From a virus: a DNA stretch of 64,000 nt. The translations under genes were made by a program, and so were the position numbers. Positions within the stretch are counted from its first letter, which is position 1; each line of letters begins with the position of its first letter. Below are positions 30,754-40,165 of this stretch, piece after piece. A model generated the notes under the pieces. It saw only the letters and a list, made by a program, of their open reading frames with translations. It had not been told where the DNA came from and did not search any database. The stretch covers positions 32,001-96,000 of IMG/VR virus record IMGVR_UViG_3300002835_000063; one strand, written 5' to 3'.

Positions 30754-31632
30754 ATGGCATCATATGCGGGAGACGGGGCCTTTAGCCTAAGAAATACTGT
30801 ACGGTTGTATGTACAGATAGAAACAACTTTGGTGGCTGGGGGAACTGAACTTTATATTACAGCCTACGCTCAAAGAGACCCCGGTGAAACTAGAACTCCA
30901 AATAGTTCTATTGCAACTAAATCCTACAGCGTGCCAGGAGGAAGAAGCGGCGGAGCGACAGGATCTCTTTTAGAGTCTGGATCAGCCAACTGGACTTATA
31001 ACTGGGCAACGGGAGATCCACAAATTGTTTGGAGCGGATTTTTTAGGTATATACAATTTGGACCAGGATCTGTTACCGTAAATATAGGTGCCCAGGGGGG
31101 AGGAGTAATTGGCACTGCTTCAGTTAACGTAAATGTACCCTTATTTTCTGCACCGCCATTCTTCCCACCGTTCTTCCCACCTTTCTTCCCGCCATTCTTC
31201 CCACCGTTCTTCCCACCGTCGCCGTACTGGGTAACAAATACTTTAACTTCTAGTACAGCTATAGAGGGTCAGGCATACTCCAGCACCTTCTCGGCCGTTC
31301 ACGTAAATAGTTATGCGCTATTTAGTGGAAGTTTGCCATCAGGAATTTCAATCAACTCGAGCACCGGAGTTTTATCTGGAACACCGGCCCAAGGATCAGC
31401 TGGAACTTATAATTTTGTAATTAGTGCGTCTGGGGACGGCGGAACTATTTACACTGGAACACTTACTTTAACTGTGGCCGATGATGGCGGAAAAGTAAGA
31501 GTTTATAATTCAAGCACAGGACAGTGGGAGGAAGCAACGGTTTATGTATATAACTCGGCTACTTCTCAGTGGGTTCAGTCAGATTTGTATGTTTACAATA
31601 GCAGCACTGGAACTTGGGTAAAAAGCGTTTAG
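30754..31632 (+). CDS. virion protein with a (PPFF)5 tract and putative Ig (He_PIG-like) domain; last gene of fibre operon B
   Basis: SAPPFFPPFFPPFFPPFFPPFFPPSP; GSLPSGISINSSTGVLSGTP...GTYNFVISA; three VYNS.T..W repeats. Confidence 0.8.
   Translation: MASYAGDGAFSLRNTVRLYVQIETTLVAGGTELYITAYAQRDPGETRTPNSSIATKSYSVPGGRSGGATGSLLESGSANWTYNWATGDPQIVWSGFFRYIQFGPGSVTVNIGAQGGGVIGTASVNVNVPLFSAPPFFPPFFPPFFPPFFPPFFPPSPYWVTNTLTSSTAIEGQAYSSTFSAVHVNSYALFSGSLPSGISINSSTGVLSGTPAQGSAGTYNFVISASGDGGTIYTGTLTLTVADDGGKVRVYNSSTGQWEEATVYVYNSATSQWVQSDLYVYNSSTGTWVKSV
31153..31218 (+). repeat. coding repeat (PPFF)5-PP
   Basis: Same CCN-CCN-TTC-TTC unit as 17211..17474. Confidence 0.97.
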
Positions 31633-32012
31633 CTAGCTGCTCGTTTTTTTCGAAGAGGCTTTTTAATTGGTTCGATAACTGGATCTTGAATTGGTTTATA
31701 GACAACGCTTGCCGGGGCGCCCTGAGCACTGTGTAGGCCCATTGTAAGATCTTTAATTAGTTCAATTTCAGTAGAAACTTTTACAACGTGCTTTTCAATG
31801 TTGTTTACTCGATCGGCTAGCGAGCTCCCACCGTTTTCCCATAGCTGATGCTCGACACGATCTAATCTATCTGATATAGTTCTGCCCTGAGCATCAGCCC
31901 CCAAAACATCGCCAATTTTTTTGGCGGTTCTATATATCCCTATAACTGCTGCAACTAAGACAGCAAACGCACTTATTGCAGCCGACACGGCCATTATTAG
32001 TTCAGCAGTCAT
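31629..32012 (-). CDS. membrane-anchored protein (actinophage lysis-cassette-type)
   Basis: N-terminal TM helix; RLDRVEHQL..NGGSSLADRV motif. Confidence 0.6.
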   Translation of the reverse strand: MTAELIMAVSAAISAFAVLVAAVIGIYRTAKKIGDVLGADAQGRTISDRLDRVEHQLWENGGSSLADRVNNIEKHVVKVSTEIELIKDLTMGLHSAQGAPASVVYKPIQDPVIEPIKKPLRKKRAAS

Positions 32013-32234
32013 GTATACTATTTCCTACACAGATCGAGCAATTAGATTTGCTCCGTCTATTTTACCCTATTAGGGTATCTTTTATTTGATGGGTCTAGCC
32101 GTTAAGTCGGTCACCAGTTAAATTTCAACATTTTTTAATTTTAACTTGCATCTGCACTCGAAAGGTGTAGTATGTAAAAAAGTTTTCTCGGAGAGTTTAA
32201 TGATTTTTTGTGGTGGCAAGGGAGCCCTGATTTA

Positions 32235-34913
32235 GTGGCAGGCTGGGAGAGCGCAGAAGGAAGACTGGCTTCCGGGGCGCAATGGTATGCAAATAAAGGC
32301 TGGCAGGTTCTTCCAGTACACGGGATCGACAGAAACGGCATGTGTACTTGCGGTAAAACCCACAAAGACCCAAAAGAAAATGCAAAACATCCAGCATCTG
32401 AAAATGGCCAAAAAGATGCGACTACAAATATTGAAACAGTTAATTCTTGGTGGACTCAAAACAAAGATTACAACATCGGAATTTATGCAAAAGACTCCGG
32501 ATTTTTTGTTATTGATATAGACCCCCGGCACAATGGCCACGAATCTTTAATTAAACTAGAAGAACGTGCCTTAGGGAATTTACCTAAAACTGTAGAAGCT
32601 ATTACAGGAGAATACTCAACAAAGACTGGTCCAATGAGGGGTCGCCACTTAATTTATAGGTGCAATCCAAACGAAAAGTTTATTGGCAATTTTAAAGCTC
32701 AAGGTTTAGATGGAATAGACATTAAGCACAATGGCTACATTCTTGTTGCACCGTCTAGACACTCTACTGGTCACTGTTATGAGTGGAAGCCAGGCCACGC
32801 CCCGTGGGAAATTGAGATAGCCGAAGCACCAGAAGAACTTTTAGATGTAATTAGATCAAGAACGCTAAAAAAGTCTGGAAAATTTGGTGGATCAAATTAT
32901 GAAACAAGCGACTGGGAATTCCTTAGAGATTTAAATTTTGGAACTACTGGAAACAAATTAGATATAGATAAAATTCTCGAAGAAGGAATTGACGAAGGCG
33001 GCAGAGCCGTCGGTCTATATCAGCTTGCATGCGCTTTAGCTAACAAATTCGGTACCGACGTAGCTGGCAGAACTTCAGTTGAAGCAATGATGCTTAAGTT
33101 TAACGCCGAAATGGTTAGGCCACCTCTTGACGTAGAGGGCAGCAATGGTCTACTTATGCACACTAGGCGTGCCATCGACTTCGTAGCAAATAATCCAGTA
33201 TGGGAAAAGTGGTGGGACGGGCTAAAAGATTATGTACCTGAAAATGGTATGGAGTGGGCAAAAAAAGCCCAAGCAAATTTTGTAAAAGCTCCGTCACCCC
33301 TAACATCTTTTAACTATGTCGCTACAGCAGAAAAAGTAGAAGCAAATTCTTTGGTGGTACCTAGTTATGCAAATTCAGTTGGCGATCAAGTTGCTTCTTT
33401 GGCCGCAAAAGGTAGGTCAGTAAAAGATATAGCTTCTGGTGGAAATTTAGATTTACCAAATGATGCTGACTCAATAAGCGAAGAGGGTGGGGGCCGTATA
33501 GGCTTTAGAAGTCTTACAGATGTTGGAAATGGTAGAAGATTAGTCGATTCTTTCGGATCAACTATTCGCTATACAGACAAAGTTGGTTGGTATGTCTGGA
33601 ATGGAAATTATTGGAAACCAGACGATGAATCTACTCAAATTAAAGAAATTGCTAAATCAGTGGCAACTGTAATTGCTCGGGAAGTAGTAGACCTAAATAG
33701 TCCAGATGATCCTAGGGGTGGAGAGCTGGTTAAGTGGGCAAATGCCGCTAAGTCAAACTCAAGAATTATCTCAATGATCGAGCAAGCAAAAACAGATCCC
33801 AGAATAACAATGCAAATTGATGAATGGGACAAAGACCCCTACTTACTTGGTGTCAGAAATGGAGTAGTGGATCTGAGAACAGGAACTAAACAAGACGGAG
33901 ACATTGCATCTCACATAACTAGAATTTCCCCTATTTCCTACACTCAAGGACTAACAAATGTTAGGTGGACAAACTTCTTAAATGAAGCATTCAATGGGGA
34001 TCAAGAATTTATAAATTGGGTTCAAAAAGCAGTTGGCTACACTGCTACTGGATTTACTAATCATGACGTTTTGTTTCTTATCTATGGACCACCAGGCTCC
34101 GGTAAAAACACATTTATTGAAACAATTTTTGAGGCTTTAGGTAAGTCCCAGCACGCATGGGCACTTGATTCAAATGTTTTAGCCTTAGGCGACAGAGTAA
34201 GCAGTACTGACGAATATCACATGGCCGAACTTAGAGGTCGTCGTATGATTTGGGTAGACGAGCTACCAGAAAACGAACGCATTAAAGAAAATCAAGTAAA
34301 GAAGTTAACTGGTTCTGGAACTCTTCAGGGACGATCTCCTGGAGAAAAACCTATTCAGTTTAAATCTACTGGAAAGCTTTGGATATCTACTAACCACAGG
34401 CCAATTATCACAGATGATGCAATGTGGCGAAGATTGCTGCCTATCCCACTAACAAACAAACCAGCTAAGCCAGACCCAGGACTCAAAAAATATCTTGCCG
34501 ACCCAGACGGAGCGCTTCCTGCAGTGCTTTCGTGGATCGTAGAGGGTGCGATTAAATTTCTATCTTCCGGCCAAGATAATCCGCTGGAGATGTGCACGGC
34601 TGTAAGGAATGCTCACGAAATATACAGACAGAATGAAGACAGAATGGGGGCATTTTTGATAGAGGAGACCACTACCGGCGAAAGCGTAAATGTTAATTCA
34701 CTGTATAAGAGATATAAGGCATGGTCAGATTCTAGAGGAGAGCGTCCTATTACCCAGATAGGATTCCACAGAAAACTTTCTGACAGAGGACTTGTGCTAA
34801 TTGGATCGGGAAATAAAGCCATTGTGCAGGGTATTGCACTAATACCGCACTCAATCAACTATGACGAACCGTCGGGCCTCGGGACTGCCGCCAGATTCTC
34901 AACTTCTTTTTAA
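32235..34913 (+). CDS. bifunctional primase-polymerase fused to a D5/P4-type SF3 helicase
   Basis: Prim-Pol motifs NIGI, VIDIDPRH, GRHLIY, YILVAPSRH; D5_N TDVGNGRR; Walker A GPPGSGKN; start set at GTG after AAGGGAG. Confidence 0.93.
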   Translation: MAGWESAEGRLASGAQWYANKGWQVLPVHGIDRNGMCTCGKTHKDPKENAKHPASENGQKDATTNIETVNSWWTQNKDYNIGIYAKDSGFFVIDIDPRHNGHESLIKLEERALGNLPKTVEAITGEYSTKTGPMRGRHLIYRCNPNEKFIGNFKAQGLDGIDIKHNGYILVAPSRHSTGHCYEWKPGHAPWEIEIAEAPEELLDVIRSRTLKKSGKFGGSNYETSDWEFLRDLNFGTTGNKLDIDKILEEGIDEGGRAVGLYQLACALANKFGTDVAGRTSVEAMMLKFNAEMVRPPLDVEGSNGLLMHTRRAIDFVANNPVWEKWWDGLKDYVPENGMEWAKKAQANFVKAPSPLTSFNYVATAEKVEANSLVVPSYANSVGDQVASLAAKGRSVKDIASGGNLDLPNDADSISEEGGGRIGFRSLTDVGNGRRLVDSFGSTIRYTDKVGWYVWNGNYWKPDDESTQIKEIAKSVATVIAREVVDLNSPDDPRGGELVKWANAAKSNSRIISMIEQAKTDPRITMQIDEWDKDPYLLGVRNGVVDLRTGTKQDGDIASHITRISPISYTQGLTNVRWTNFLNEAFNGDQEFINWVQKAVGYTATGFTNHDVLFLIYGPPGSGKNTFIETIFEALGKSQHAWALDSNVLALGDRVSSTDEYHMAELRGRRMIWVDELPENERIKENQVKKLTGSGTLQGRSPGEKPIQFKSTGKLWISTNHRPIITDDAMWRRLLPIPLTNKPAKPDPGLKKYLADPDGALPAVLSWIVEGAIKFLSSGQDNPLEMCTAVRNAHEIYRQNEDRMGAFLIEETTTGESVNVNSLYKRYKAWSDSRGERPITQIGFHRKLSDRGLVLIGSGNKAIVQGIALIPHSINYDEPSGLGTAARFSTSF

Positions 34914-34932
34914 AGATATAGGATAAGTAACT

Positions 34933-35763
34933 ATGAAGATATATATTGCAACTCCCATGTATGGCGGAATCGCTAAAAACACTTACACCATTGGACTACA
35001 AAATCTCATTGTTGCCCTATCTCAAGCTGGTCACACAATTACGACTACCGTAGTAGGCAACGAAAGCCTAATTACTAGGGCTAGAAACACTCTTGCTCAC
35101 AAGTTCATGAAAACTGACTGCGACGCTCTTTTGTTTATTGATGCGGACCATGGCTGGAATGCAGGCGATGTTGTAAAAATGATTGAGTCCGGTAAAGATT
35201 TTATTGGCGCAATTTACCCAATGAAGGGGATCAACTGGGAAAACGTACGTATAGCTGCGCTTGCGGGGAGACCAGCCAACGAGCTAGAACTTTATTCGGG
35301 CTATTTTGCGATTAATTTGTTGCCAGAAAATCAGAATTTTAACGAAAATGAGCCATTCAAAGTTAAAGATGTCGGAACTGGAATGCTTTTCCTAACTCGA
35401 AAAGTTTTTGAGGATCTTGAGCCACACTGTAAAAAGTATAAAAACAACAATGTGGGGGAAACTGGAATCCAATTCGGAGACATGATTACCGAGTACTTCA
35501 CAACATTCATTGATGACGGTAATATCCTATTGTCAGAAGACTATGCTCTTTGCAGAATGTGGCAAAATATCGGCGGCGAAGTTTGGGCAGCTCCATGGGT
35601 TCGCATCACCCATTCGGGGGACTATAACTTCTCTGGCAGATTTGTCAGAATGTTAGAAGCTTCAAATATTAAAAAAGCACTAGACGCAGCAAATGCTGCA
35701 AAAAATAAAAACTCAACAGAAAATAGTACAGAAGTAGAAAAAAAGGAACCTTCTACGAAGTGA
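34933..35763 (+). CDS. GT-A-fold glycosyltransferase-like protein
   Basis: IATPMYGG, ESLITRARN, LLFIDAD, GTGMLF, LSEDY..C..W. Confidence 0.7.
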   Translation: MKIYIATPMYGGIAKNTYTIGLQNLIVALSQAGHTITTTVVGNESLITRARNTLAHKFMKTDCDALLFIDADHGWNAGDVVKMIESGKDFIGAIYPMKGINWENVRIAALAGRPANELELYSGYFAINLLPENQNFNENEPFKVKDVGTGMLFLTRKVFEDLEPHCKKYKNNNVGETGIQFGDMITEYFTTFIDDGNILLSEDYALCRMWQNIGGEVWAAPWVRITHSGDYNFSGRFVRMLEASNIKKALDAANAAKNKNSTENSTEVEKKEPSTK

Positions 35764-35809
35764 GAAAATAGATTTGAGGGAGATTCCCTTAGATCGAGGT
35801 AACTGAATA

Positions 35810-35926
35810 TTGGCTAATGTAAAAGACTATATCTGTGCAGTCTGCTCAAAGCAACACGTTGTCCCCAGTTTGGCAAGAGAATGTGAGACAAAACACGAAG
35901 TAGTAATTTTACGAAAAGCGGGCTAA
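35810..35926 (+). CDS. 38-aa zinc-finger microprotein (absent from the ORF track)
   Basis: TTG start after GAGGT; MANVKDYICAVCSKQHVVPSLARECETKHEVVILRKAG. Confidence 0.55.
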   Translation: MANVKDYICAVCSKQHVVPSLARECETKHEVVILRKAG

Positions 35927-35977
35927 TTTCTCATTTCTGTAGTAGCATAGGTTCAACCATTGGTTGAAGGAGAGGCT

Positions 35978-36259
35978 ATGGCTCTAGCAGATCGACTCAA
36001 GACTGCGCAGTACAGGTACAAAGAAGATAACTTTGCCTGCAAGCTGATTGCAATTACCAAAGACAGCAAGCTAAGCGACAAAGATGTTGCTGCGCTCCTG
36101 TCCATTATTAATTCACGGCCTGGTGATGAGGACCATGTGCCGAACATACGACTAGCATATGCACTTCGTGAAGAAGGCTATGACATCAGTCCAAGCACCG
36201 TAGATAGACACCGAAACGGCATCTGTGCTTGCTCTAGAGTTCAGGGAGGAACTAAGTGA
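35978..36259 (+). CDS. small putative HTH DNA-binding protein
   Basis: LAYALREEGYDISPSTVDRHR..C.C; start ATG 35978 after AAGGAG. Confidence 0.6.
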   Translation: MALADRLKTAQYRYKEDNFACKLIAITKDSKLSDKDVAALLSIINSRPGDEDHVPNIRLAYALREEGYDISPSTVDRHRNGICACSRVQGGTK

Positions 36260-37455
36260 GCTTATCGGAAAAATTAGAAAAGCTTCGCTCACCCGGGCGC
36301 AGCGGTTCGGACACCAAAACAATTAAACAACCAGAAGACTGGCGTCCAAGAATGGATATCGATACCGTTCGTGGTGGCTTTGTGGTCGGATCTCCAAGAC
36401 CAGAGCACGAAGTAGTAGACGCCACTACTGTGCTGGCAGAATTTGGATTAAACCCCGCAGAGTGGAATGTAACTTCACTTAGACGAGGTAAGTGGCAAAA
36501 ACACGATGGTGATTGGCTAGAGTCAGTTCGAGTAAATGTTATTCCAGCAAACCATATGGCTACAGATGAGCTTGACATAGAACAGCTCGTAGATCACATT
36601 AAAAAGTGGCGTCCTGGCAAAGACACTAAAAAGTCAACTGGCGAGGGCGCTTTTCTTGTTGCCCCAAGTGATCAGCAGATTGGTAAAAAAGCTAACGGTG
36701 AAGGCACTGGACAGTCAGTCGAGAGAATCCTTGCCCTTACAGAAAAAGCTGTAAATCGATTTCAACAAAACCTAAAAGCTGGCATTAATCCAGGCACAAT
36801 ATGTCTGGCCCTACTCGGCGATCACGTAGAAGGCACCACAAGTCAAAACGGAAGACTTCAGGGTCAGGCGGCCTCCGATCTTGGTATGACAGAACAAACT
36901 AGAGTTGCTAGACGCTTGTTATTGGCTCAGGTAAAAGCTTTTGCCCCACTAGTAAACAAATTAATAATTCCAGTGATTAATGGAAACCACGACGAAGCAA
37001 CTCGTCAAGTTGTAACAGATCCAGCTGATGGTTGGAACGTGGAGATCGCCTCTGCAGTTCAGGACATCTGCGCAGAAAACCCAGAACTAGCCCACGTTGA
37101 GTTTAGATACCCAAGCAGTGGACACCAAACCCTAACAATAAATGTTGAAGGAACTATGCTTGGAATGTTCCACGGACATCAAGCAAATCAAAATAATACC
37201 CTCAGGTATTTATCCCAGCAAGCCGCCGGTCAAACAGCTTTAGGTCAGGCAGACATTTGGATTTCTGGCCACTTCCACAATTTTAAAACTATGGATATAG
37301 GGGAGCGCCTGTGGGTGCAAGCTCCCACAACAGATCCTGGAAGTGAGTGGTTCCGAGATCGAGCTGGAATGAATTCTAAACCAGGATTGCTAACTATGAT
37401 TCTAGGAGGAAGCTACGAACCAAGAGAGCATATCGGGGTCCTGAGTGTCAAATAA
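36256..37455 (+). CDS. calcineurin-like metallophosphoesterase (Mre11-like actinophage family)
   Basis: SDQQ, GDHVEG, GNHD, HGH, GHFH motifs. Confidence 0.85.
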   Translation: MSLSEKLEKLRSPGRSGSDTKTIKQPEDWRPRMDIDTVRGGFVVGSPRPEHEVVDATTVLAEFGLNPAEWNVTSLRRGKWQKHDGDWLESVRVNVIPANHMATDELDIEQLVDHIKKWRPGKDTKKSTGEGAFLVAPSDQQIGKKANGEGTGQSVERILALTEKAVNRFQQNLKAGINPGTICLALLGDHVEGTTSQNGRLQGQAASDLGMTEQTRVARRLLLAQVKAFAPLVNKLIIPVINGNHDEATRQVVTDPADGWNVEIASAVQDICAENPELAHVEFRYPSSGHQTLTINVEGTMLGMFHGHQANQNNTLRYLSQQAAGQTALGQADIWISGHFHNFKTMDIGERLWVQAPTTDPGSEWFRDRAGMNSKPGLLTMILGGSYEPREHIGVLSVK

Positions 37456-38104
37456 TTTAGATACCAGAGAAAAAATTACAATTGGTGGCGCCCCGAGATC
37501 AGGCAGCACTTATTTAAAATACTTTTTAACTTGTCAATACAAAGGATCTGAACTATTTATACAAAAAACTCACCTAGAACTTGATCATTTAGATCGTATA
37601 AAAAATCCAGATAAAGAAGAAACTTGGTTGATACCTGTAAGAAATGCAATGGATACGGCAAAATCAATTCTAGCTTGGCAAAACCACAAAGAACCAAAAA
37701 ATTTTTTAGATAAAATTTATTCAACAACTACTCCAATTTATGGAACCTTAGACTCAATTACCAGATTGTGGGAAACTATTCTTTTAGATAAAAGTAAATT
37801 TATATTTTTAGATTTTAATTTACTAATTTCCGATAAAAATTATGTCGAAACAAAACTTGAATCTAATATTTCAAGATTGCTGGTAGAAAAATGTCCATTT
37901 AAGGTTTCAGACAAAGAAATAAAAGATAACTTAGAAAAAGATGATAGAAATAATTTTTTGACTGAAGAAGATTACTTAAATATGGGGCATATACCGAGAA
38001 ATAAGTCAGAAATACTTAAAAATTTAGATATTATTTTTGACTCAGATGTTTATACCAAAAGACTTCAGTATTTAGATTCTTTGTCTTTAGAGCTTCTGTC
38101 TTAA
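37445..38104 (+). CDS. sulfotransferase-like protein
   Basis: 5'-PSB-like GAPRSGSTYL, KTH, 3'-PB-like VRNAMDTAKS; very AT-rich. Confidence 0.65.
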   Translation: MSNNLDTREKITIGGAPRSGSTYLKYFLTCQYKGSELFIQKTHLELDHLDRIKNPDKEETWLIPVRNAMDTAKSILAWQNHKEPKNFLDKIYSTTTPIYGTLDSITRLWETILLDKSKFIFLDFNLLISDKNYVETKLESNISRLLVEKCPFKVSDKEIKDNLEKDDRNNFLTEEDYLNMGHIPRNKSEILKNLDIIFDSDVYTKRLQYLDSLSLELLS

Positions 38105-38121
38105 AAATTGTTAGGATAAAA

Positions 38122-38889
38122 ATGATTATATTAATTTATGGACTCCCCGGATCGGGAAAAACAGAGCTAGCTAAGTCTCTACTAAATAGAGTAGACGCCC
38201 TCCATCTCAATGCAGATGAAGTCAGGGCTGATCTGAACTCAGATCTAGGATTTTCTATTGAAGACAGAGTAGAGCAGGCTAGGCGAATGGGAGCGCTGGC
38301 TAGGCTGCTCTCTAGGCAAGGCAAACTGGTAATTGTGGACTTTGTATGTCCAACTAAAGAAACCAGAGCGGCTTTTGGTAAAGCAGACTTTAGTGTGTGG
38401 ATGGACAGAATACAAGAAAGTAGATTTGAAGACACTAATCGTTTGTGGGAGACGCCACTAGAAAACGAGTATTCCCTGAGGATACCGAATGGCTGGGGAG
38501 TTGAAAGAGAAACAGACACAATAATTAACTCGGCTAATTTGTTTGATTGGAGTGCTCCTACTACGCTAATGCTTGGAAGGTATCAGCCTTGGCACGAAGG
38601 ACATGAAGCACTTAAGATTGAGGGTCACCAGAGAACAGACCAGGTTCTAGTCGGAGTTCGCAATACCTACAAAACTTCTGAAAAAGATCCTCTAACTTAT
38701 TCAGAGGTTGAATATTTAATATCAGAAAATAGTAAGTCTTCCAAAGAAAATACCTTAGTTCTCAGGCTTCCTAACATAACTAACATTATTTATGGCAGAG
38801 ACGTCGGGTATAAAATTGAGCACGTAGAATTAAGCCCCGAAATTCAAGCTATATCTGCAACACAAAAAAGAAAAGAGCTCGGGATATGA
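38122..38889 (+). CDS. adenylylsulfate kinase (CysC-like) fused to a HIGH-type nucleotidyltransferase
   Basis: GLPGSGKT, LNADEVR..LN.DLGFS.EDR.EQARR; then GRYQPWHEGH ... ISATQKR. Confidence 0.85.
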   Translation: MIILIYGLPGSGKTELAKSLLNRVDALHLNADEVRADLNSDLGFSIEDRVEQARRMGALARLLSRQGKLVIVDFVCPTKETRAAFGKADFSVWMDRIQESRFEDTNRLWETPLENEYSLRIPNGWGVERETDTIINSANLFDWSAPTTLMLGRYQPWHEGHEALKIEGHQRTDQVLVGVRNTYKTSEKDPLTYSEVEYLISENSKSSKENTLVLRLPNITNIIYGRDVGYKIEHVELSPEIQAISATQKRKELGI

Positions 38890-39098
38890 ATGTAACTAGA
38901 ACAAGGTCTGCAGCAAAAGCAATTTCTTGGAGAATAATAGGAACTGCAGATACTTTTCTTATTTCATGGTTTATAACAAAAGAGCCAGTTGCAGCCGCAT
39001 CTATAGCTTCTTTAGAAGTTCTAACAAAAACTATTTTGTATTACTTTCATGAGCGCGGGTGGAACTTTGTTCAGTGGGGAAGAAGGCCGTCTAAATGA
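38886..39098 (+). CDS. DUF2061-like small membrane protein
   Basis: RS.AKAISWRIIGT...LYYFHER.W. Confidence 0.85.
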   Translation: MNVTRTRSAAKAISWRIIGTADTFLISWFITKEPVAAASIASLEVLTKTILYYFHERGWNFVQWGRRPSK

Positions 39099-40165
39099 CA
39101 AAAATAGCTGTCTACACAATTGCACTAAATGAAGAACAATTTGTTGAGCGCTGGTATAAAAGCGCAAAAGATGCTGATTATCTTCTTATTGCGGATACGG
39201 GAAGTACGGACGGAACGGTAGAAGCAGCCAAAAAGCTTGGAATAAACGTAGTAGAAATCTCGATTAAACCTTGGCGCTTTGATGATGCACGTAACGCTTC
39301 TCTAGCTTCCCTACCAATAGACATTGACATGTGTGTTCAGCTTGATATGGATGAGATCCTGTTGCCAGGCTGGCGGGATGAAATAGAAAACGCTCTTAAG
39401 CAAGGAGCAACCAGGATTAGATATAACTACACCTGGAATTGGAAAGATGAAGAAGAAACCATACCAAACATAACTTTTGGTGGAGATAAAATCCATGCCA
39501 GAAAGGGCTATAGGTGGAAGCACCCAGTCCATGAGGTAATCGTACCTTACGGTAATACTATAGAAAAGCAAGTTTGGACTCAGTTAGAGCTGCACCACCA
39601 CCCAGACAAAACAAAGTCTAGGTCCCAGTACCTACCGCTACTGAAACTATCAATCGAAGAAGATCCACATGATGATAGGAACGCCTATTATTACGCTAGA
39701 GAGCTTTATTTCCATCGGGAGTATAAAGAGGCCACCGAGCAATTTAAACGTCACCTAGGGCTTCCTACGGCCGTTTGGGCCCCAGAGAGAGCCGCTTCTA
39801 TGAGATACCTAGCCAAGCTAGAGCCGGAAGAAAAAGAAGCATGGCTAGTAAAAGCTCATATGGAGGCCCCTTGGCGTAGGGAAGCCTTAGTGGAGCTTGC
39901 TCAGCACTTCTATGAGACGCAGTCTTGGGCGTCCTGTCTCCACTTTGCAGAAAAAGCCCTAGCCATAAAAGAAAAACCTATGGACTATCTTTGCGAGGAT
40001 TTTGCTTGGGGATATTTGCCTTGGGATCTAGCAGCAATTGCTGCTTACCATGAGGGAAATTACAATAAAGCTTATAAATACGGAAATACAGCTCATCAGT
40101 TAAATCCGACAGAGAAAAGACTAGAAAATAATCTTAGGTACTACTCTGTGGGGGTTTCTTCTTAG
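39095..40165 (+). CDS. GT2 glycosyltransferase with C-terminal TPR repeats
   Basis: IALNEE, DTGSTDGT, FDDARN, LDMDE, PVHE; TPR-like helices. Confidence 0.9.
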   Translation: MTKIAVYTIALNEEQFVERWYKSAKDADYLLIADTGSTDGTVEAAKKLGINVVEISIKPWRFDDARNASLASLPIDIDMCVQLDMDEILLPGWRDEIENALKQGATRIRYNYTWNWKDEEETIPNITFGGDKIHARKGYRWKHPVHEVIVPYGNTIEKQVWTQLELHHHPDKTKSRSQYLPLLKLSIEEDPHDDRNAYYYARELYFHREYKEATEQFKRHLGLPTAVWAPERAASMRYLAKLEPEEKEAWLVKAHMEAPWRREALVELAQHFYETQSWASCLHFAEKALAIKEKPMDYLCEDFAWGYLPWDLAAIAAYHEGNYNKAYKYGNTAHQLNPTEKRLENNLRYYSVGVSS

